Of a stretch of 32,000 bases of DNA, positions 27,497 to 32,000 are shown piece after piece. Origin of the DNA: Telmatocola sphagniphila (GTDB taxonomy: Bacteria; Planctomycetota; Planctomycetia; Gemmatales; Gemmataceae); NCBI RefSeq assembly GCF_018398935.1, contig NZ_CP074694.1, positions 4,740,001-4,772,000 of the forward strand, in the 5' to 3' direction. Under the pieces are notes generated by a model. The model ran no database searches and was not told the DNA's origin. It was given only the letters and a program-made list of their open reading frames with translations. Numbering within the stretch: position 1 is the stretch's first letter; the number at the start of each line of letters is the position of its first letter. A program made the position numbers and the translations under genes.

Positions 27497-27847
27497 TTGC
27501 GATATTCGCAACCGGAACCAATAAGCCGATATAAAGCTGAGCAGATATTCGAATCATCTGAAGCCACGAATCCCAAAATAGATGCTTTGCTATCGGTAAC
27601 TTTTCACGATCCAGACTACTTGTGGGTCGAATCGAAATGCATACAGATCTACGATAGCTCAGACCTTGAGCTGAAACGTATAGCGATAACATGTCTTGGA
27701 CACCTTGCAAGGATTCATGGGAGAATATCCCCTAAAGCCGAGGAGATAATCAGAACAAGCCTTTCGAATGATTATCTCAAAGCTTATGCGGAGGATTCAC
27801 TAGATGATGTGATGATGTTTACGAAAAAAGTTAATCGCGAAGACTGA
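27497..27847 (+). CDS. Small hypothetical protein with HEAT/armadillo-like helical repeat (TTG start, or a 5'-truncated fragment)
   Basis: 116 aa. The only in-frame start after the upstream stop (27467) is TTG 27497. The segment DLELKRIAITCLGHLARIHGRISPKAEEIIRTSL resembles a HEAT repeat. Confidence 0.35.
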   Translation: MRYSQPEPISRYKAEQIFESSEATNPKIDALLSVTFHDPDYLWVESKCIQIYDSSDLELKRIAITCLGHLARIHGRISPKAEEIIRTSLSNDYLKAYAEDSLDDVMMFTKKVNRED

Positions 27848-27993
27848 AATAAAAAGGTTCCAAGGCTTGTGCTAGGTGCCAATGGCTAGGTAATTGGCAG
27901 TGCATTCATAAAAAATTGCTCACAAGATAAGCTTGGAAGCACTCCGCGAACTTCATTAGCATCTGGATTATTACAACCAGTAGAGATCAGCAT

Positions 27994-28305
27994 ATGATCG
28001 CTCAAAGAAGACTCGGGAAATCTGCTTTATTACTGGTTATGAGTTGCGGAATTGGCTACGCTCTTTCTACCGTGGTTGCCAACTTGGAACGCTACCAATT
28101 TTACACTGTTCGAAGCATCGTCACTGGTAAAACGTCTATCAATCTTATTGTGGAAGATCCTGGCGATAAAGATGCCTATCTCATGATAGTTACCTTTTTT
28201 CTCTCTCTTGGATTCCTACTTTCAATCGGAATTTTAAAGCTCTACTCAAAACTCAGAGTCTGTTCCAAAAGCCGGGATGAACCCTACAAATCCATGAGAA
28301 ATTAG
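27994..28305 (+). CDS. Small two-TM membrane protein, hypothetical
   Basis: 103 aa with hydrophobic helices SALLLVMSCGIGYALSTVVA and YLMIVTFFLSLGFLLSIGIL. Its 3' end lies inside a 17-bp perfect inverted repeat. Confidence 0.45.
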   Translation: MIAQRRLGKSALLLVMSCGIGYALSTVVANLERYQFYTVRSIVTGKTSINLIVEDPGDKDAYLMIVTFFLSLGFLLSIGILKLYSKLRVCSKSRDEPYKSMRN

Positions 28306-28380
28306 CCCGAAATAGGGACTTTTGGAACAGACTCTCAGTAAAACATAAAATTGTGGTTTAATCTCCAAGGCTGGTAACTC

Positions 28381-28779
28381 ATGAACTTTCTCTACGAATC
28401 CGAATCTGGAACTAGATTAGAAGGACCTTCAATAAGCAACCTTAATGAACTTCTGTCTTTACTCGATGGGAAACGAAATAGCTACGCTTACCTTACTCGT
28501 TCGGATGGAAGCTATGTGCAAGTCGGAGGTGGACCAACCGATTTCACTGTCGAGGAACGGGAGATCTTTCCCGACGGCTCATTCAGACATAAAAAGGCAA
28601 CCTTACCGGGTAATGATAAAAAGGAATGTCGACTAACTATAGGCGGAATGAGCGTCTCCGTGCGAGCAGATCAATTACTCAATCTCGCTTTGGTACAGCA
28701 AATCTTCCATACCTTCCGCCATGGAATCAAAACATCCGATTCATTACTTTGGGAAGATATGACAGCAATGTTTCAATAG
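28381..28779 (+). CDS. Small cytoplasmic hypothetical protein
   Basis: 132 aa with an ATG start and no TM segment. The segment SYAYLTRSDGSYVQVGGGPTDFTVEERE reminds me of small immunity-type proteins, but I could not verify any family. Confidence 0.5.
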   Translation: MNFLYESESGTRLEGPSISNLNELLSLLDGKRNSYAYLTRSDGSYVQVGGGPTDFTVEEREIFPDGSFRHKKATLPGNDKKECRLTIGGMSVSVRADQLLNLALVQQIFHTFRHGIKTSDSLLWEDMTAMFQ

Positions 28780-28916
28780 TGACTTTAATTTCAGACGGGA
28801 GCACTGCTTCCGGAGCATAAAATTGAAGCCGGATGAAAAGATCATCCAATTTCTGACATAAAAATATCAAATATTCTTGTCTCAAGGGATTTAATCCGAA
28901 GAGATCAAAAAACTAA

Positions 28917-29357
28917 CAAATTTCATTCGTATCATTTTGCCCCGGGTAAAAAACCCGAGGCTCAGTTCTGGAACCCCTCCGGGGTTCTAAAAATATTCAT
29001 GGAAGCCCGGAGGGCTTCCAGTGGACAGACCCGGGTTGACCGCTTCGGGCTACCCGGGGGAGAAAACCAATTTCATTCGAATCCTAATGCCCCGGGTAAA
29101 AAACCCGAGGCTCAAATCTGGAAACCATCCGGGCTTCCAGACAACAGACCCGGGTTGACCGCTTCGGGCTACCCGGGGGGGAACAAATAAACCAATTTCA
29201 TTCGAATCCTAATGCCCCGGGTAAGAAACCCAGGGCTCAGTTCTGGAACCCCTCCGGGGTTCTAAAAATATTCATGGAAGCCCGGAGGGCTTCCAGAGGA
29301 CAGACCCGGGTTGACCGCTTCGGTCTACCCGGGTGTAGATTTCGGTCTACCCGGGGG
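28917..29357. repeat. Tandem array (3 copies plus a partial copy) of the palindromic composite repeat
   Basis: Units begin at about 28917, 29067 and 29192, giving periods of 150 and 125 bp. The middle copy lacks the gaacccc/ggggttc and AT-rich segment. Each ends in cccgggttgaccgcttcgg(g/t)ctacccggg. An extra half-hairpin ttcggtctacccggggg lies at 29341-29357. The array abuts the stop of the 29365..31152 gene. Confidence 0.9.
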
Positions 29358-29364
29358 AGGGAAA

Positions 29365-31152
29365 TCACTCCCCCCACCCCGGCGGCGGGGCCTCAAAAGT
29401 CACCAGCTTCTGATCCTGGGGATGCGTGAAAGTCAATTTCCACGCGTGTAAACACAACGGCTGATCGTCTCGACCCAGCGTCTGAACTTCTCCCAATTCG
29501 CGATTCGGCCGATACATCGGATCGCCCACAATCGGCAGACCCAAATACCAGAGATGCACCCGAATCTGATTGGTCCGGCCCGTATACGGCGTCACCTTCA
29601 AAAGCGTCGTGCCATCTTCGAAAGATCGACTCAGTTCAAATTCGGTATGGGCCGGTAGACCATTCTCCTCATCAATAATCCTCGCGCCGCAATGTCCGGT
29701 GCTGGTTCCGATTGCGGCCCGGCATTCAAAATGTTTGGCCATCGGCGTTCCCTGCACTCGCGCCAAATAAACCTTCTGCACTTCCCCTCGTTCGAACTGC
29801 GGCTGCAAAATCTGGGCAAAACTCGCCTTCCGCGTAAACACGGCCACGCCGGAGGTATTGGCATCCAGCCGATGCGCCGGCCGCGGCTTCTGCGGAGCGT
29901 AGACTTCCCGCAAAATCGATTGCAGTGTATTGCGATTGAACCGGCCACTGGGATGCATAGGCAAAGGAACCGGTTTATTCAAAACGATCAATGCCGCATC
30001 TTCGTAAAGAATGCCGATATCGCCATTCACTTCCGGTTCGATTTGCAAACGCTCGCAGGTGTAGTACTGTTCGCCGGGATGAACGATCTGCGTTTCCACT
30101 ACCGGTCGATGCTCGGCATCGACCACATTGCCTGCGGCACAACGCGATTGCCATTCTTCTCTCGGCAGATGGCCCAGTACATCGCAAAGAAATTCGAGGA
30201 TCTGCCAGCCATCGTGCCGGGCATGGATTTTCAGAGGCCGATAATTATCCTTGGGTACACTTCCCGGCAACGGCGCGGTGACTTGTTTCAACCTTAGCCG
30301 ATGTTCCGCGAGAGTTAATTCCTGTTGCTCTTGGGGTGTCCTGAAACAATGAGGACAGGAGACCCCTTCGACGTAATGCGGGTCGGCCACCTCCTCGGCC
30401 GAGAGTACGCGCTGGCAGACGAAGCAGAGGCCGCGGCCGGTTTCTTCGAGATCGGTCGCCAGACCGACACGCTTATCGAAAACAAAACATTCCCCGTCAT
30501 AGTGTTCGCTGCCACACTCCTCGAAGTATTTCAGGATGCCGCCGTCAAGTTGATAGACGTGTTGAAAGCCCTGTTGCAGAAGAAAGGGGGCCGCTTTTTC
30601 GCAGCGAATTCCACCGGTACAGAAGGTGACCATCGGCTGCTCGGCCGAGGGTCGCGGCAGTTTATCGATGGCCGCGGGAAAATCGCGAAAATGTTGAATA
30701 CCGATGGGTAGCGCATTGCGGAATGTTCCGAGATGCACTTCGAAATCGTTTCGGGTATCCAACAGCGTCACGGCCCGTCCTTCATCCAGCCAGCGTTTTA
30801 ATTCCGTCGCGGAAATTCGCGGCGCCGGCTGACGGGCCGGATCGATGCCGGGAACCCCAAAAGCGATAATCTCTTTCTTTATCTTCACCAGCATCCGCGT
30901 GAACGGCTGATCTTCGCTTTCACTGATTTTGGGTTCCAGCATTTCCAGACCGGGAACGGAGCGGAGCGAGGCCAACAGCCGGTCGATATCGGCGGCCAGC
31001 CCGGCGACAAAGAGATTGATTCCTTCGGTGCTTAAAAGAATGGTTCCTTTAAGTCCCCAGGCCCGGCAATCGGCAATCAGTTGTTGGCGCAGAGTTTTCA
31101 GATCCGTCAGCGGAGCGAATTTATAAGCCGATATGTTGATCACTGCTGGCAC
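29365..31152 (-). CDS. Fusion protein: rhodanese-type tRNA U34 hydroxylase (TrhO/YceA, UPF0176) N-terminal half plus RluA-family pseudouridine synthase C-terminal half
   Basis: 595 aa with a GTG start. The N-terminal INISAYKF...GTILLSTEGINLFVAG and rhodanese active-site loop FCTGGIRCEKA match TrhO. A Cys-rich linker follows (CFVCQ...CPHCF). The C-terminal RluA motifs are HRLDANTSGVAVFTRK, KVYLARVQG and GRTNQIRVH. Confidence 0.85.
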   Translation of the reverse strand: MPAVINISAYKFAPLTDLKTLRQQLIADCRAWGLKGTILLSTEGINLFVAGLAADIDRLLASLRSVPGLEMLEPKISESEDQPFTRMLVKIKKEIIAFGVPGIDPARQPAPRISATELKRWLDEGRAVTLLDTRNDFEVHLGTFRNALPIGIQHFRDFPAAIDKLPRPSAEQPMVTFCTGGIRCEKAAPFLLQQGFQHVYQLDGGILKYFEECGSEHYDGECFVFDKRVGLATDLEETGRGLCFVCQRVLSAEEVADPHYVEGVSCPHCFRTPQEQQELTLAEHRLRLKQVTAPLPGSVPKDNYRPLKIHARHDGWQILEFLCDVLGHLPREEWQSRCAAGNVVDAEHRPVVETQIVHPGEQYYTCERLQIEPEVNGDIGILYEDAALIVLNKPVPLPMHPSGRFNRNTLQSILREVYAPQKPRPAHRLDANTSGVAVFTRKASFAQILQPQFERGEVQKVYLARVQGTPMAKHFECRAAIGTSTGHCGARIIDEENGLPAHTEFELSRSFEDGTTLLKVTPYTGRTNQIRVHLWYLGLPIVGDPMYRPNRELGEVQTLGRDDQPLCLHAWKLTFTHPQDQKLVTFEAPPPGWGE

Positions 31153-31357
31153 CGACCAAGTCTCCCATCTACTTCGTTACTCCTAATCAGCGTAGCAAAA
31201 GTGGAAAAAATACGTAGAAATTGAACGCGAATGGATAGCTCTTTAAGGGCTTTTTGGTTGCACATCCATTCTTCTCTGCGCTCTCGGCGTGCTCTGCGGT
31301 TTCCCGAATTTGTCGATTTAAAATTCAGATATGGAGATTGATTTGCTACCGCTACTC

Positions 31358-31382
31358 AGAAAAGAGCTGGGCGAAAGCCAGC
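31358..31382 (-). terminator. Candidate intrinsic terminator of the 31385..31828 gene
   Basis: On the minus strand, GCUGGC-UUUC-GCC(C)AGC forms a 6-bp stem with one bulge, 2 nt after the TAA stop. It is followed by UCUUUUCU. Confidence 0.5.
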
Positions 31383-31384
31383 GC

Positions 31385-31828
31385 TTACTGAGCGGCACTG
31401 GCTTTTTTCAACGCTGCGTCCACAGCTTCCTTTTCGGTTCGACCAAACGCTTCCACCCGCCCCTTGGCCGTGAAGAAGGAGAAGGAGTATTTATCGCCTT
31501 GCTGATCGAGTGCAAAGCGGGTTGCCCCGAGTTGGGCGAGTTGCTTGCGCACCAAAGACCAGTCGGGAGCTTCCTCCAGCACTTCCGTCTTCAGTCCGAT
31601 CCCTAACTCTTCGGGAGTCGGGATGCGGAATTCCCGGCGCGGTTTTTCCTCGGCGGTCTTGGCCCGGGCCGCGGGATTCTGCGCGCCCTTGGTCCCCTTC
31701 AGCAAGGGCGGGACATAAGTAGACTGTGCCCGCGCATCGAGCGGCGCTTGTCCCGTCGGATGCTGCGACAGTAAACCGGGGGAGTAAGGATAGCCAGGTA
31801 TTTGTTGGAGAATGGGCGGACCGCCCAC
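31385..31828 (-). CDS. Hypothetical protein; possibly the body of a longer secreted protein interrupted by an in-frame TGA
   Basis: 147 aa from GTG 31828. It has a Pro/Gly-rich N-terminal region and a C-terminal alpha/beta-like domain. The same frame continues upstream, across a TGA at 31856-31858, into a 28-codon signal-peptide-like ORF (31859-31942). Confidence 0.5.
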   Translation of the reverse strand: MGGPPILQQIPGYPYSPGLLSQHPTGQAPLDARAQSTYVPPLLKGTKGAQNPAARAKTAEEKPRREFRIPTPEELGIGLKTEVLEEAPDWSLVRKQLAQLGATRFALDQQGDKYSFSFFTAKGRVEAFGRTEKEAVDAALKKASAAQ

Positions 31829-31855
31829 GTCTGGTCCACAAGGGACGCCCGGCGT

Positions 31856-31942
31856 TCACCCCGAGGCGGAAGCACGTTCCGCCACTCCGGCCAGACAGGC
31901 CAAAACACCTGCGATGACGATGATCTTCCGCAAAGCATCCAT
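31856..31942 (-). other. 28-codon signal-peptide-like mini-ORF, in frame with the downstream hypothetical gene
   Basis: I translated this by hand from ATG 31942: MDALRKIIVIAGVLACLAGVAERASASG followed by TGA. This is a classical n-h-c signal peptide layout. Confidence 0.4.
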
Positions 31943-32000
31943 GCTGAAGCGGATTTCCTCTTCAAAAGAATTGGGCGAGTTCCGTAAGAAGAACAGTAAT

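Larger units (their letters stand above)
27394..28916. other. AT-rich islet carrying three small orphan ORFs, bracketed by same-orientation repeat copies
   Basis: Lines I sampled here count 27-47% GC, against 55-70% for typical lines in flanking genes. These are hand counts of a few 60-nt lines, not a full computation. Confidence 0.6.

Noticed and set aside
27267-29190. ORFs 27267..27452 (+) and 28999..29190 (+), sharing MEARRAS.EQTRVDRFGLPG
   Set aside because: The shared peptide is simply the translation of the repeated element. There is no independent coding evidence.
29076-29209. tRNA T-loop-like motif TTCGAATCC inside the repeat units (29076-29084 and 29201-29209), hinting at tRNA gene remnants or an att site
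   Set aside because: The flanking bases do not form a T-stem, and no acceptor, D or anticodon arms can be drawn. The motif is part of the repeat consensus.
31331-31606. 91-aa plus-strand ORF and the plus-strand hairpin with T6 run at about 31377-31407
   Set aside because: The ORF is antisense to the better-supported minus-strand gene. The T-run is the complement of the Lys-Lys codons (aaa aaa) near that gene's C-terminus, and no upstream plus-strand gene exists for it to terminate.

Overview
The window is high-GC (roughly mid-50s %) bacterial chromosome. The gene content suggests a Planctomycetota-like organism: Tat-signal Gfo/Idh/MocA oxidoreductase, a giant PQQ-dehydrogenase/cytochrome c fusion, and many orphan secreted proteins. 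That assignment is inference only. Positions 1-10.3 kb are housekeeping: accB, an M24 aminopeptidase, an oxidoreductase, a 953-aa CBM9-like/PQQ-dehydrogenase/cytochrome c protein, carB and a membrane protein. Positions 10.4-10.8 kb hold a tandem array of composite palindromic repeats. Positions 11.0-18.8 kb carry a compact, apparently intact HK97-type phage head and packaging module on one strand: portal, prohead protease, major capsid, unknown, gp6-like connector, putative head-closure protein, small HTH protein and large terminase. An ABC-ATPase/GNAT fusion gene follows directly. I could not see tail, lysis, replication or integrase genes, and the gene order is circularly permuted relative to canonical phages. 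This is the most interesting candidate system in the window. Positions 18.8-27.2 kb mix small PepSY-like membrane proteins, a prenyltransferase-like toroid protein, fmt, a thioredoxin-like lipoprotein, orphan proteins, a ferritin-like di-iron candidate and a transglutaminase-like protein. Positions 27.2-29.4 kb hold a second and third cluster of the same palindromic repeat superfamily, in the opposite orientation to the first. They bracket a 1.5-kb AT-rich islet with three small orphan ORFs. Positions 29.4-31.2 kb encode a TrhO(rhodanese)-RluA pseudouridine synthase fusion. The last gene has a signal-peptide mini-ORF separated from its body by an in-frame TGA. No rRNA, tRNA or CRISPR arrays were recognised. 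All functional calls rest on motif recognition by eye; no database search was run.
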